A stretch of 64,000 nt of DNA from an uncultured Gemmatimonadales bacterium (GTDB lineage: Bacteria > Gemmatimonadota > Gemmatimonadetes > Gemmatimonadales > Gemmatimonadaceae), in contig CAWKMU010000003.1 of assembly GCA_963850905.1 (NCBI GenBank), positions 1,184,001 to 1,248,000 on the forward strand, in the 5' to 3' direction. The stretch's first letter is position 1. Every line of letters begins with the position of its first letter. Shown one piece after another: positions 47,208 through 58,228 of the stretch. A program made the translations under genes and the position numbers. The notes beneath the pieces are model-generated. The model saw only the letters and a program-made list of their open reading frames with translations, was not told the origin of the DNA and searched no databases.

Positions 47208-50057
47208 ATGGCCTCCGGTCCCATCACAAGCTCGTTCAACGACGCGTACATAGCAGAGCTCTACGACGCGTATCGCCGCGACCCGAGCTCAGTCGGCGAA
47301 TCCTGGCGGCAGTTCTTCGACTTTGCCCAGCGCATCGCCAGCGCACCGACGGGCGAGTCACCGCCGGGGTTCGGCGGCGTTGGCCCCGGCGCGGACCTGC
47401 TCAAGAAAGCGGCGGGCGCCGCCGCATTGATGCAGGCGACGCGGTCGTACGGACACTTCGCTGTGCAATTGGACCCGCTGGGTCGCCCGCCGTTGGGAGC
47501 GCCGGAGCTCACCCCGGAGTTTCACGGCATCACGGAATCGGACCTCGATCTCGTACCTGGCAGCGCCCTGGGGTTCCCGCACATGGCCACAGCGGCCGAT
47601 GTGATGCGGCGGCTTCGGTTCCGCTACTCCACGAGCCTCGGCATCGAGGTGACGCACCTCGCCGCCGAGGAGGAACGCCTCTGGTTTCGCCAACTGCTCA
47701 CCGCGGAGGAGTTGACGCGGCCGTTGACCCCCGATGAGAAGCAGGCCGTACTCCGTCGATTGACCGAGGTCGACGGCCTCGAACGATTCATCGGTCGGGC
47801 CTATCCCAATGCCAAGCGGTTCTCGATCGAGGGAACGGACGCGCTCGTGCTCATGCTCGATGCGGTCATCGACGAGAGTGCCGCCAGCGCGGCTCGCCGC
47901 ATCGTGATTGGCATGGCGCACCGTGGGCGACTCAACGTTCTCGCGCACATCCTCGGGAAGCCGTACGCGACGATCTTCGATGAGTTCGACGACAAGCACT
48001 ACCACTCCGGCACGGGCGACGTGAAGTACCACCTCGGGGCCCAAGCCGAGCGCACCCTTGCGGACGGCCAGCAGGTCGCGATCACGCTGGTGCCCAACCC
48101 CAGTCATCTCGAGTTCGTCAATCCCGTCTTGGAGGGGGTCGCGCGAGCACTGCAGCGCGGAGGGCCGGAGGTCGACCGGGCGGGCACCGTGCCGGTCTGT
48201 GTGCATGGCGACGCGGCGTTCCCGGGTGAGGGCGTAGTCTCGGAGACGCTCAACCTGTCGCGGCTACGTGGCTACGAGGTTGGCGGGACGTTGCACATCA
48301 TCACGAACAATCAGATCGGATTTACGACCGATGCGGCGGACGCGCGTTCGACCCTGTACGCGAGCGATATCGCGAAAGGGTTCGACGTACCGATCATCCA
48401 CGTCAACGCGGACAATCCGGAGTCGTGCATCATCGCTGTGCGCATCGGGGTCGCGTATCGGGCGCGATTCCACAAGGACTTCCTGATCGATCTGGTCGGG
48501 TATCGGCGCCATGGGCACAACGAGGGCGATGAACCGGCTTTCACCCAACCGACGATCTACCAGGCCATCAAGGCCCACCCGACGACGCGCGCCCTGTGGG
48601 CGGAGCGCCTGATCGGCGAGGGCATCGTCACCGCTGAGGACGTGGCCGCCGAGGAGAAAGTGGTCATGGATCGTCTCACGGCCATCCACTCCGAGGCCAC
48701 GGCGAGCGGTGCCAGTGCGCCGTCGTACGACCCTCCACACGCCACGACGAAGCTCCCGAGCGTGCCCTCGCGAACCGCGGTGCCGGCGGATCGTCTCCGC
48801 GTGCTCAACGACGCGCTGCTCACCTGGCCCGCGGGATTCACGCTGCATCCCCGTCTGGCGCGCACGCTCGCCCGCCGCAAGGAAGCGCTGGGTGCGGCGA
48901 GCGCGATCGACTGGGGGCACGCCGAAACACTGGCGTTTGCGTCCGTGCTCACCGACGGCACGCCCATCCGACTCACCGGCCAGGACGCGGAACGCGGCAC
49001 CTTCTCGCATCGCCACGCGGTCTTGCATGACGCGAAGTCGGGCGAGGCATACGTCCCGTTGCAGCACCTGGACGGGGGTGCGCGTTTCGAAGTGTACAAC
49101 AGCCCGCTCTCGGAGACGGCGGTGCTGGGATTCGAGTACGGATACAGCTCGGCGGTGCCGAGTGCGCTCGTACTGTGGGAAGCACAGTATGGGGACTTCG
49201 CGAACGTCGCACAGCCGATCATCGACCAATTCATCTCCGCAGACTGGGCAAAGTGGGGTCAGGATTCCGACGTCGTCCTGCTGCTGCCCCATGGATACGA
49301 AGGTGGTGGCCCGGAGCATTCGAGTGCTCGGCTGGAGCGATTTCTCCAACTCTGCGCCGAGGACAACATGGTGGTCGTGTACCCGACGACCGCCGCACAG
49401 TACTTCCACCTGCTTCGTCGGCATGTTGCCTCGCCGTCGCGGCGGCCGCTGATCGTGATGACGCCCAAGAGCCTCCTGCGGCTCGACCGGGCGGCGTCCT
49501 CGCTGGCCGAATTCGCCGACGGTCATTTCGCGACGCTGATCGACGACTCCGTCGCGTCGGCGGCCGACCGGCGCGACGGTGTGACGCGCCTGGTCTTCTG
49601 CTCGGGCAAGGTCTTCTACGATCTGAGCGCGACGGCACGACCCGCCGATATCGCGCTCGTTCGCGTAGAGCAGCTCTATCCATGGCCCCACGACAGTGTG
49701 GCGTGGGCGCTCGACCACTACCCGAACGTTCGGGAGGTCGTGTGGGCGCAGGAGGAGCCGAAGAACATGGGGGCGTGGACGTACGTGGCGCCGCGTTTGC
49801 GCGCGGCCACCGGGACGTCTGTGCCCGTCACGTACATTGGTCGTGCGGAGCGCGCCAGTCCCGCTGAAGGGTATCTGGCGTCCCATCAACGCGAGCAGGC
49901 GCGGATCATCGCCGATGTGCTGGAGAATGGCGGGGACCGTCGACTCGCGTCGGGCGGGCCGCGAACTGCCAGCGAGAGCTCGGGCTCCGCGAGCACCAAG
50001 CGAGAGAGCAAGGGCGGGCTCACGCCGCCGCCGTCGACACCAGCCAAGACCGCCTGA
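47208..50057 (+). CDS. sucA: 2-oxoglutarate dehydrogenase E1 component
   Basis: KRFSIEG, GMAHRGRLN, DVKYHLG, NPSHLE, HGDAAF, RGTFSHRH, WEAQYGDF and QEEPKNMG motifs. Confidence 0.97.
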   Translation: MASGPITSSFNDAYIAELYDAYRRDPSSVGESWRQFFDFAQRIASAPTGESPPGFGGVGPGADLLKKAAGAAALMQATRSYGHFAVQLDPLGRPPLGAPELTPEFHGITESDLDLVPGSALGFPHMATAADVMRRLRFRYSTSLGIEVTHLAAEEERLWFRQLLTAEELTRPLTPDEKQAVLRRLTEVDGLERFIGRAYPNAKRFSIEGTDALVLMLDAVIDESAASAARRIVIGMAHRGRLNVLAHILGKPYATIFDEFDDKHYHSGTGDVKYHLGAQAERTLADGQQVAITLVPNPSHLEFVNPVLEGVARALQRGGPEVDRAGTVPVCVHGDAAFPGEGVVSETLNLSRLRGYEVGGTLHIITNNQIGFTTDAADARSTLYASDIAKGFDVPIIHVNADNPESCIIAVRIGVAYRARFHKDFLIDLVGYRRHGHNEGDEPAFTQPTIYQAIKAHPTTRALWAERLIGEGIVTAEDVAAEEKVVMDRLTAIHSEATASGASAPSYDPPHATTKLPSVPSRTAVPADRLRVLNDALLTWPAGFTLHPRLARTLARRKEALGAASAIDWGHAETLAFASVLTDGTPIRLTGQDAERGTFSHRHAVLHDAKSGEAYVPLQHLDGGARFEVYNSPLSETAVLGFEYGYSSAVPSALVLWEAQYGDFANVAQPIIDQFISADWAKWGQDSDVVLLLPHGYEGGGPEHSSARLERFLQLCAEDNMVVVYPTTAAQYFHLLRRHVASPSRRPLIVMTPKSLLRLDRAASSLAEFADGHFATLIDDSVASAADRRDGVTRLVFCSGKVFYDLSATARPADIALVRVEQLYPWPHDSVAWALDHYPNVREVVWAQEEPKNMGAWTYVAPRLRAATGTSVPVTYIGRAERASPAEGYLASHQREQARIIADVLENGGDRRLASGGPRTASESSGSASTKRESKGGLTPPPSTPAKTA

Positions 50058-52820
50058 TGACCACTTCTGTGCGGGCCGGCGCGGTAATCGCCTTCGCGCT
50101 GACAATCTCCCTCGCGTGCGCGCCGGGTCGTACGGCGGCACAACCCGGTACACGTCCACCCGTCGTTCCCATCGCACCGGCCTACAACCAGGGCGCGATC
50201 GCACTGGCCGAACAGGTCGCTGGCATCGGGAATACGACGCGCGTGCTGATGATCGGGGCGCATCCTGACGACGAAGACACGCGACTGCTCACCTGGCTGG
50301 CGCGAGGTCGGCACGTCGAAACCGCATACCTCTCGCTCACGCGTGGGGACGGCGGTCAGAATCTCATCGGCAACGAATTGGGCGAGGCGCTCGGCGTAAT
50401 ACGTACCGAAGAGCTGCTCGCCGCGAGACGGATCGATGGCGCGCACCAGTATTTCGCGCGCGCGTACGACTTCGGGTTCTCGAAGACGGCAGCTGAGTCA
50501 TTTTCGCACTGGCCACACGATTCGTTGCTGCGAGACGTCGTGACAGTCGTTCGCGCGTTCCGTCCCCAAGTCATCGTCGCCGTCTTTACCGGTACGCCTC
50601 GCGACGGCCACGGGCAGCATCAGGTGTCGGGTCTCCTCGCCAAAGAGGCATACGAGGCGTCCGGCGATACGGCGGCCTACCCGGTCGCCCAGTACGGGCG
50701 TCCGTGGGTCGCGCTGAAGTTCTATCGGGATCGGTCATACTTCGGCGGCGGCGATAGCGCGCTGCCGATCGACGTCGGCGCGTACGATCCATTGCTCGGC
50801 GTTACCTACGCGGAGATCGCCGCGGCCAGTCGGAGCCAGCATCGGTCACAAGGCTTCGGCAACATCATCGGGCCGGCCGGACCGGTGACCGGCTATGTCT
50901 ATCGCGAAGCCACACGGGTGAACTCGAGTACGCCGGCGGGCCAGGAGCACTCAATGTTCGATGGGATCGATACGACGTGGGCCCGACTCGGTCCGCTAGT
51001 GCACGAGGCTACTGCGCGCGCAGCCCTCGACTCGGTCGCGCCGGCGATCGGGCGCGCTCAAGCGGCGTTTCGCGCTGCGGACCCACAGCAGTCGTTGGCG
51101 GCGCTGAACGACGTCGCCCGTCTGGAGGCGACGGTGGCTACTCGCCTCGCTGTCCCCGAAGAAATCGCAGAATTGTCGTCTGGTGCTTCCCCGGCCGAGC
51201 GCTCGGCAGGTCTCGAGCGGCCATCCGGACCCAACGACGACAACGCGCGGGTGTTCGCTGGCGTCAAGGTCGATGCGCCGACCACGCTCGATCCGGACCT
51301 CGTCCGCACCCTGCAGGTGGCAATGGCCCGAGTGAATCGTGCCCAAGTTCTCGAGAGCGGGATCGAGATCCACGCGACGGTTGCGCACAATGTCGCGGCC
51401 GTCAATGTGCCGGTGGGAGTCGGTGTCGCGCTCGCCAATCGCACGCCGGCCGTGGTGCTCGACGGGAAGACGTGGGCAACTGCGACCAACACGATGGCTA
51501 TGCCATCACCTCAACGCCCTGTCATCGCTCCCGACAGCAGCTGGCGAGACAGCATCGCGGTGCGTGACACCGTAGTCACGCAGCCGTGGTGGCTGCGAAC
51601 GCCGCGCCGCGGCGACATGTTCACACAGCCGGTGTCTCGCGTCGCCGAGGATCAACGTCCTGGCGCCGCCACGGTGGAGGTCGCGTTGCGCGCGCAAACC
51701 GCGGGGCCGACGGCGACATTCACGGACCCCACCACGGTCGTGCGCCGCTTCGCGGATCCCGGTCGCGGCGAGGTCGACCGGCCATTGGCCTTCGTCCCCG
51801 CGGTGACGCTGACCCTGGACCGCACGGTCGAGTACGTCCCTGCGGGCGTGCACATCGATCGATCGCTCCGCGTCTGGTTGCGCTCGGGGGTGGATAGCGC
51901 GCGAACCGTCAGGGTGTCGCTTCAGCTGCCGAAAGGTCTCACGGCCGACAGCAGCGTCCGCTCGGCGACGCTCGATCCGTACGGCGATCACCACCTGGAC
52001 TTCCGCGTGCGGGGGTCCCTCCCGGCCGGAGGTGCGACGCTGTCGGCGACGGCCGAGAGCGAAGGGGTCACCTACCGCATCGGTTACGTGCCGATCGACT
52101 ACGAGCACATCCGGCCCCAGCGGATGTACCGGCCGGCCGAGGTACATCTGAGCGTCGTCGATGTCAAAGTGCCGCCGGGGCTCACGGTCGCGTATATCCC
52201 CGGCGTCGGCGACAACGTCGAGCCAATGCTCGAGCAGCTCGGGCTGCAGGTGACCGTACTCGACCCGTCGGCCATCGCCGCCACGAACCTGTCGCAATTT
52301 GGGACGATCGTGGTTGGCCCGCGGGCGTTTGACGCGAGCGATGAGCTCAAAGCCAACAACGGCCGCCTCCTGGATTTCGCGCGTCGCGGAGGGACCCTGG
52401 TCGTACAATACGGCCAATACGAGAATGGCCAACGGCATCCTGCCCTATCCGATCACACTGGCCCGCCCGGCAGATCGCGTCACCGATGAGAACGCGCCGG
52501 TGCGGATCCTGGATCCGGCATCGCCCGTCTTGAACACGCCCAACAAGATCAAGCCCGCGGACTTCCTCGGGTGGGTACAGGAGCGGTCGAGCTACATGCC
52601 GCACACATTCGACTCGCACTACCACAGCGTCATGTCAATGAACGACCCGGACGAGCCCCCCAACGATGCGGGCTTGTTGGTGGCGCCGCTGGGCAAAGGC
52701 ACCTACGTATACGCGACGCTCGCATTCTTCCGGCAGTTGCCCGCGGGCGTCCCCGGGCCGGCACGGTTGTTCGCGAATCTGTTGTCGCTGGGTAAGTCGA
52801 GTGCTGGACCGGTGCAGTAA
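50057..52820 (+). CDS. Secreted PIG-L/LmbE-family deacetylase with C-terminal beta-sandwich and GATase-like domains; apparent +1 frameshift near 52423
   Basis: AHPDDED, TRGDGGQN, DFGFSK and HGQH motifs; the C-terminus RVTDENAP…WVQERS…FFRQLPAGVPG lies in ORF 52299..52820. Confidence 0.88.
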
Positions 52821-52851
52821 GGCGAGACGCTAGCGTCCAGCACCTAGCCCC

Positions 52852-53070
52852 TCACCATGCGTCCGCGCATGACGCCAGTATGGTGTGGCAGTGCCCGCAC
52901 ATCACCTTGCATCGGCGCTCGACGACCGCACACACGCCACAAATGGGACACGCCTCCTGCTCGCGGAGGGTACCGGCGCGTGTCTGAGCGCGCGCTGCTG
53001 CGTCGAGCTGCGGCCGACGCACCGTGCTCGACCAACAGCCGCCCGGAGGGCTGACGGTCTCCTCAGTCAA
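52852..53070 (-). CDS. Small Cys-rich zinc-ribbon protein (start uncertain)
   Basis: CPICG…CKVMCGHC…C-D motif; lies directly after nadC, and the TTG start overlaps the nadC stop. Confidence 0.55.
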   Translation of the reverse strand: MTEETVSPPGGCWSSTVRRPQLDAAARAQTRAGTLREQEACPICGVCAVVERRCKVMCGHCHTILASCADAW

Positions 53071-54088
53071 AGTCGAGCGCCAGGTCGAGCGCCGGCGGGG
53101 AGTGCGTCAATGACCCAGCGGAGATCCAGTCCACGCCCGTTTCCGCGATCGCCCGCACATTTTCCAGGCGCACGCGACCCGACGCTTCGACGATCGCACG
53201 CTTATCGACCAAGCGCACGCATTCGGCGAGCTGGCTGGTGGTCATGTTATCCAGCAGGACGATGTCGGCGCGGTGGGTGATCGCCGCTTCGACCTGTTCG
53301 ATGGAATCACATTCCACCTCGATGCGGGCGCCGGCCGGCGCCACCTTGCGCGCGCGGGCGATCGCCAGCCCGACGTCGCCATCGACGGCCGCGAGGTGAT
53401 TGTCCTTGATCAACACGGCACTCGCCAGATCCATGCGGTGATTCTGCCCACCGCCACACCGGACCGCGTACTTCTCGAGCGCGCGCCAGCCCGGCAGCGT
53501 TTTTCGGGTATCCAGAATCTTCGCGCCCGTTCCACGGACAGCTGCGACGAACTGGGTCGTCAAGGTGGCGATGCCCGACAAATGCTGCATGAAATTCAGC
53601 GCTACGCGCTCGGCCGACAGCATCCCTCGCGCGTGCCCGCGAATGAACACCACTGGCTCACCCGCGGCGACCGATTCACCGTCGCTCGCAATCACCCGCA
53701 TGACCGCTTTCGCATCCAGCTGCCGGAAGGCCTCCAGCGCGAGGGTTACACCCGCGACGGTGCCGGCCCGCCGAGCCACGATCGCGCCGCGGGCACGCCG
53801 CGCCGTCACGACCGTGGCGATCGTGGTCACGTCATTGAACGCCCCGTCCTCCTCGAGCGCCATGCGCACGAGTGCCGACAATTCTTCCGGAGAGAGCGGG
53901 AAGCGCGCCGCACTACCCGGCCGATCGAGCGCGGGGATGGACAATGGCGTTGGCCGGTGCCAAGCGGGGCGCGATGGGACCCAACCCGGCCAGTGCCCGG
54001 GCGTAATGTGTGGGCCGTCTTCCTCGGGGCCCCATGAGGGTTCGAGCGGCTCGTGGTCGCGCGGCGGTTGGTCGGGTGGTTGCGTCAT
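53063..54088 (-). CDS. nadC: Quinolinate phosphoribosyltransferase (nicotinate-nucleotide diphosphorylase)
   Basis: ERVALN, DTRKT, NHR, LIKDNH, LLDNM and EASG motifs. Confidence 0.97.
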   Translation of the reverse strand: MTQPPDQPPRDHEPLEPSWGPEEDGPHITPGHWPGWVPSRPAWHRPTPLSIPALDRPGSAARFPLSPEELSALVRMALEEDGAFNDVTTIATVVTARRARGAIVARRAGTVAGVTLALEAFRQLDAKAVMRVIASDGESVAAGEPVVFIRGHARGMLSAERVALNFMQHLSGIATLTTQFVAAVRGTGAKILDTRKTLPGWRALEKYAVRCGGGQNHRMDLASAVLIKDNHLAAVDGDVGLAIARARKVAPAGARIEVECDSIEQVEAAITHRADIVLLDNMTTSQLAECVRLVDKRAIVEASGRVRLENVRAIAETGVDWISAGSLTHSPPALDLALDFD

Positions 54089-54119
54089 GATGCGGAGGGT
54101 CTCCTACCGGTTACGGCAC

Positions 54120-55175
54120 TCATTCGCCCGGATCCAGGGCCAGCGAGGGGGACAGTGCACCGCGCGGCCCGCCCGCGGGCGCCCCGCCGATCGCCACCAT
54201 CCGCTCCAGCGCCAGGCGCGCCCGTGCCGCAATGTCGGGCGGCACGGTGATCCGGTGTTGCAGGTGCTCGAGCGCTGCCACTACCGCTGGCAGCGTGGTC
54301 ACTTTCATGTACGCGCACACGGCGCGGTCGTTTGCTGCAAAGAACCGCTTAGTGGGATTCTCCCGTCGCAGGCGGTGGAGAATGCCGACCTCGGTCGCCA
54401 CGATGAACTCGACCGCTGGGGACGCGGCTGGCCGTCGGATCATGCCCTCCGTCGAGAGGATCTGGACTCCCTCCGGATCGACGGCGCCGGCCGACACGGC
54501 CTCGACGACGGGCGTCGCGCATCCGCACTCCGGATGGATCAGAAACTCTGCGTCGGGATGCGCCGCGCGTCGTGCCGCGATGTCTTCCGCGTCGATCCCG
54601 GCATGGACATGACACTCTCCCATCCACACGTGCATGTTCTCTCGGCCCGTGACGCGACGGACGTGGGCTCCGAGAAAGACATCGGGGAGAAACAGCACCT
54701 CGCGGTCTGCGGGCACCGCGTTGACAACGTCCACGGCGTTGCCCGACGTGCAGCAATAGTCGCTCTCGGCTTTGACCGCCGCCGTCGTGTTGACGTACGA
54801 CACGACGACCGCGCCGGGATGCTCCGCCTTCCACGCCCGAAGTTGCTCTGCATCGATCGTCGCTGCCAACGAGCAGCCAGCGGCCATGTCGGGCAACAAC
54901 ACGACCTTGTTGGGCGACAGGATCGCGGCAGTCTCCGCCATGAAATGCACGCCGCAAAACACGATCACATCGGCGGTGGTCTTCGCCGCCTCTCGCGAGA
55001 GTCCGAGCGAATCCCCGACGAAGTCTGCGACGTCCTGGACTTCGCCTCGCTGGTAGTTGTGTGCCAGGATCACCGCGTTCCGCTCTCGCGCGAGTGACTT
55101 GATGCGGGCCTGCAGCGCGGCGACATCGCCCACTTCTCCGTTGGTCACCACGCGCTCGCCTCGCTCACCACTCAA
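54120..55175 (-). CDS. nadA: Quinolinate synthase A
   Basis: [31 protein letters not shown] and CAYMK motifs. Confidence 0.97.
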   Translation of the reverse strand: MSGERGERVVTNGEVGDVAALQARIKSLARERNAVILAHNYQRGEVQDVADFVGDSLGLSREAAKTTADVIVFCGVHFMAETAAILSPNKVVLLPDMAAGCSLAATIDAEQLRAWKAEHPGAVVVSYVNTTAAVKAESDYCCTSGNAVDVVNAVPADREVLFLPDVFLGAHVRRVTGRENMHVWMGECHVHAGIDAEDIAARRAAHPDAEFLIHPECGCATPVVEAVSAGAVDPEGVQILSTEGMIRRPAASPAVEFIVATEVGILHRLRRENPTKRFFAANDRAVCAYMKVTTLPAVVAALEHLQHRITVPPDIAARARLALERMVAIGGAPAGGPRGALSPSLALDPGE

Positions 55176-56679
55176 TGTGTCTTCGCTGCCACTTGCGCTT
55201 GGCCTTGGGGAAGTCTGTTCGGAAATGCCCGCCGCGAGACTCCTTTCGAAGGAGGGCCGCTTCCGCGATCAGCAGGGCCGTGTCCACCATGTTGGTCTCT
55301 TCAGTTGCACCGTCGGGCAACCGTTGTCCGATGGTGAGGATCTCCTCGACACATGTCCGCAAGCCTTTGGCCGTTCGCACAATCCCCGCACCGTCCCACA
55401 TGATACGCCTGACCGAGTCCGCCGCGACCTGCGCTGCGCCCCGGTCGGTGAGTAGCGGGACGCGCCAACCGCCCGCCCGTAGATCGGTCGTCTCGGCCGC
55501 GGGCACCGTCGCGAGGTCGCGGGCCACGCGCTCGGCGAACACCAGTCCCTCGAGCAGGGAGTTCGACGCCAACCGGTTCGCTCCGTGCACACCCGTGCGA
55601 GAGACCTCACCGCACGCGTAGAGACGTGACAGACTCGCGCGTCCAGCCAGGTCCGTGACGACGCCCCCCATCATGTAATGCGCAGCCGGCGTGACCGGGA
55701 TGAGATCGGCTCGAGGATCAATGCCCCGAGCCCGGCACAAGGCGAAGATTCCTGGAAATCGCTGTTCGAATTCCGCGCCAAGCCGCCGGGCATCGAGATA
55801 TACCTGTCCGCCGGAACGCTGTTCTCGGAAGATCTCCCGGGCGACTACGTCCCGCGGGGCGAGCTCCGCCATCGAGTGCCGGGCCGGCATGAACCGCTCG
55901 CCGTCAGCATTGAGCAGGATCGCCCCTTCCCCCCGCACGGCCTCGGAAATGAGTGCCAGCGGGTTCTCGGGGGTGTCGAGCGCGGTCGGGTGAAACTGCA
56001 CGAACTCCATGTCTGCCAGCCGAACCCCGGCCCGATGCGCGATCGCGTACCCGTCTCCTGTGGCAACCTGCGGGTTGGTCGTGTAGCGATACACCTGGCC
56101 GCATCCACCGGTCGCAAGTACGGTCGCGTCCGCCAGGATCTCTACCGGCTGTCCCGCCACGCTGGCACGCACACCCAGGCACTCCGCACCCTCGACGATG
56201 AGGTCGAGTACCCGAGTCGTCTCCATTACCTGCACGCCGGAGCTTTCGCGGACGCGCGTCACCAGTGTGCGCGCCACCTCCGCCCCCGTCTGATCGCCGT
56301 GCGCGTGCACGATCCGCTTCCGGGAGTGAGCGGCCTCCTTGCCGAGCTTGAAGCTGCCGTTTGGGGTGACGTCGAAATCGGCCCCCGCGGCCGACAGCTC
56401 GCGCACTCGAGCGGGCCCTTCCTCGACCAGGACCTGCACGGCGGCCGCGTCGCACAGTGCCGCACCGGCCGCGAGCGTGTCGCGACGGTGTAGCTCCGGC
56501 GAATCACCAGCGCCAAGCGCAGCCGCAATGCCGCCCTGGGCATACGCGGTTGCCGAATCGAAAAGCGACCGCTTTGTAACGACGATGACGGGACCGTGCT
56601 TCGAGGCCCGCCACGCCGTATGAAGGCCGGCGACGCCGCTGCCGATCACGAGGAAACGCGTTCGAATCTGGTCTGGCAT
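55165..56679 (-). CDS. nadB: L-aspartate oxidase
   Basis: [45 protein letters not shown] and ESRGGH motifs. Confidence 0.97.
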   Translation of the reverse strand: MPDQIRTRFLVIGSGVAGLHTAWRASKHGPVIVVTKRSLFDSATAYAQGGIAAALGAGDSPELHRRDTLAAGAALCDAAAVQVLVEEGPARVRELSAAGADFDVTPNGSFKLGKEAAHSRKRIVHAHGDQTGAEVARTLVTRVRESSGVQVMETTRVLDLIVEGAECLGVRASVAGQPVEILADATVLATGGCGQVYRYTTNPQVATGDGYAIAHRAGVRLADMEFVQFHPTALDTPENPLALISEAVRGEGAILLNADGERFMPARHSMAELAPRDVVAREIFREQRSGGQVYLDARRLGAEFEQRFPGIFALCRARGIDPRADLIPVTPAAHYMMGGVVTDLAGRASLSRLYACGEVSRTGVHGANRLASNSLLEGLVFAERVARDLATVPAAETTDLRAGGWRVPLLTDRGAAQVAADSVRRIMWDGAGIVRTAKGLRTCVEEILTIGQRLPDGATEETNMVDTALLIAEAALLRKESRGGHFRTDFPKAKRKWQRRHIEW

Positions 56680-56828
56680 CAACGAACGAGAGGCGGTAGT
56701 CGGCGCGGGCAACTATTGCGCCGGGCAGAGCTACTAAATATAAGGGCCGTCGCGGGATACCGGATCGCGAGATCCGCGGGCCGCTGCCTGCCTACGTAGT
56801 TAGATTCCGCCTTTCGTAGCCGGGCGCG

Positions 56829-58205
56829 GTGCCGCCTCTCCCGGCCCTTTCGCGCCGTCACCCGAGCGTCGGTCTGAAGCTACCCAGCACAAACTCGAAG
56901 CTCGTCGTCCTCATCATCACGGCCTTCGTGGACATGATGGGGACGTTGATGGTCGTGCCGCTGCTCCCGTTTTACGCGACACGGATGGGCGCCACGGGGC
57001 TCACGTACACCATGCTGGTGTCGGCGTTCGCCGTGGCGATGCTCCTGTCAGCGCCGATCTGGGGCCGCTTTTCAGACCGCTACGGGCGGCGGCCCACGCT
57101 TCTCGTTGCCCTGAGCGCTTCGGCGATCTCCTATGTGATCTTCGCGTTCGCGAACTCGCTCACCGTGCTCTTCCTGTCGCGCATCGTTCAGGGCGCGGGC
57201 GGCGGGACCGTCGGCGTGCTGCAGGCATACATCGCGGACGCGGTCGAGCCCAAGAATCGCGCCCGCGCGCTCGGGTGGTTGTCGGCAGCAACCAACGTCG
57301 GCGTGTCGATCGGACCGGTGCTGGCGACCATCGCCGTCTGGATCGGCGCTGGGCACGTGACACTTGGTGGTCACAATCTGACGCTCGGCGAAAGTGCGCC
57401 GGGCCTCTTCGCGGCCCTCATCTGCGTCGGCAACATCTATTTCGCGTGGCGATTTCTGCGCGAGTCGCACGACGTGGAGCCATCGCATCGAAGGCAGATC
57501 GAGCCGCGTGGCCGCAGTTGGGAGGTGATCTGGAGCGTGATCCGGCGCTCGGACGCCCCGGCGTCGCGGCTCATCGGGATCTACGCGATCGCCTTGGGCG
57601 CGTATATGGCGTCGATCGTCATCATTCCGCTGCTCCTCATGCGGCAGTTCGGCGCGACGGAAAAGTCGACGCTGTACTACATGTTCTTCGTGTACATGGG
57701 AACGCTGAATGTCGTCGCGCGTGCTCTGTTTCTGGGGCCGCTGGTCGACCGGTTCGGCGAAGCCCGGCTATCGCGATTCGGGATCGTGCTCATCGTGCTC
57801 GGGTTGCTCAGCATCCCGCTGGCGCACTCCATCCCGCTCTTCGTGATCGCGTCCGCGTTCCTTCCGCTCGGAGCGTCGTTCACCTTCTCGTGTGTCACCT
57901 CCATGCTCTCGCGCGTGATCTCGGGCGATGAACGCGGGCTTTACATGGGCGTACAACAGACATTCGGCGGGATCACTCGGGTGTTCTTTCCGATCGGCGC
58001 GGGCTTTCTGTGGGATCAGCACCCGGCCGCGCCGTTCTGGACTGCTGCGGGACTCGTGGCCGGCACGTTGCTTCTGGGGACGGACGCCGACCGCTACCTG
58101 AAGCGAACGCCGGCTGTCGCCCCCGTGCCCGCTCCCCCCGAAATCGCGTCCGTGGCTGCGGCGCCGGTGCAAGCGCCGGTCGGGAGTGAGCGAGCGAGCG
58201 GCTAG
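56829..58205 (+). CDS. MFS transporter (DHA1/TetA-like)
   Basis: GRFSDRYGRRP, RIVQG, and about 12 TM segments. Confidence 0.9.
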   Translation: MPPLPALSRRHPSVGLKLPSTNSKLVVLIITAFVDMMGTLMVVPLLPFYATRMGATGLTYTMLVSAFAVAMLLSAPIWGRFSDRYGRRPTLLVALSASAISYVIFAFANSLTVLFLSRIVQGAGGGTVGVLQAYIADAVEPKNRARALGWLSAATNVGVSIGPVLATIAVWIGAGHVTLGGHNLTLGESAPGLFAALICVGNIYFAWRFLRESHDVEPSHRRQIEPRGRSWEVIWSVIRRSDAPASRLIGIYAIALGAYMASIVIIPLLLMRQFGATEKSTLYYMFFVYMGTLNVVARALFLGPLVDRFGEARLSRFGIVLIVLGLLSIPLAHSIPLFVIASAFLPLGASFTFSCVTSMLSRVISGDERGLYMGVQQTFGGITRVFFPIGAGFLWDQHPAAPFWTAAGLVAGTLLLGTDADRYLKRTPAVAPVPAPPEIASVAAAPVQAPVGSERASG

Positions 58206-58228
58206 AAAAGCGCCGCTGTGGTGGACGC

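Noticed and set aside
44321..50204. Long antisense ORFs (e.g. 44321..46027 +, 48264..50204 -)
   Set aside because: They are shadows of recQ and sucA caused by high-GC codon bias and have no recognisable motifs.
56829..58205. MFS gene as an acquired tetracycline-resistance determinant
   Set aside because: Only family-level similarity; no tetR, no mobile context, and composition matches the surroundings.
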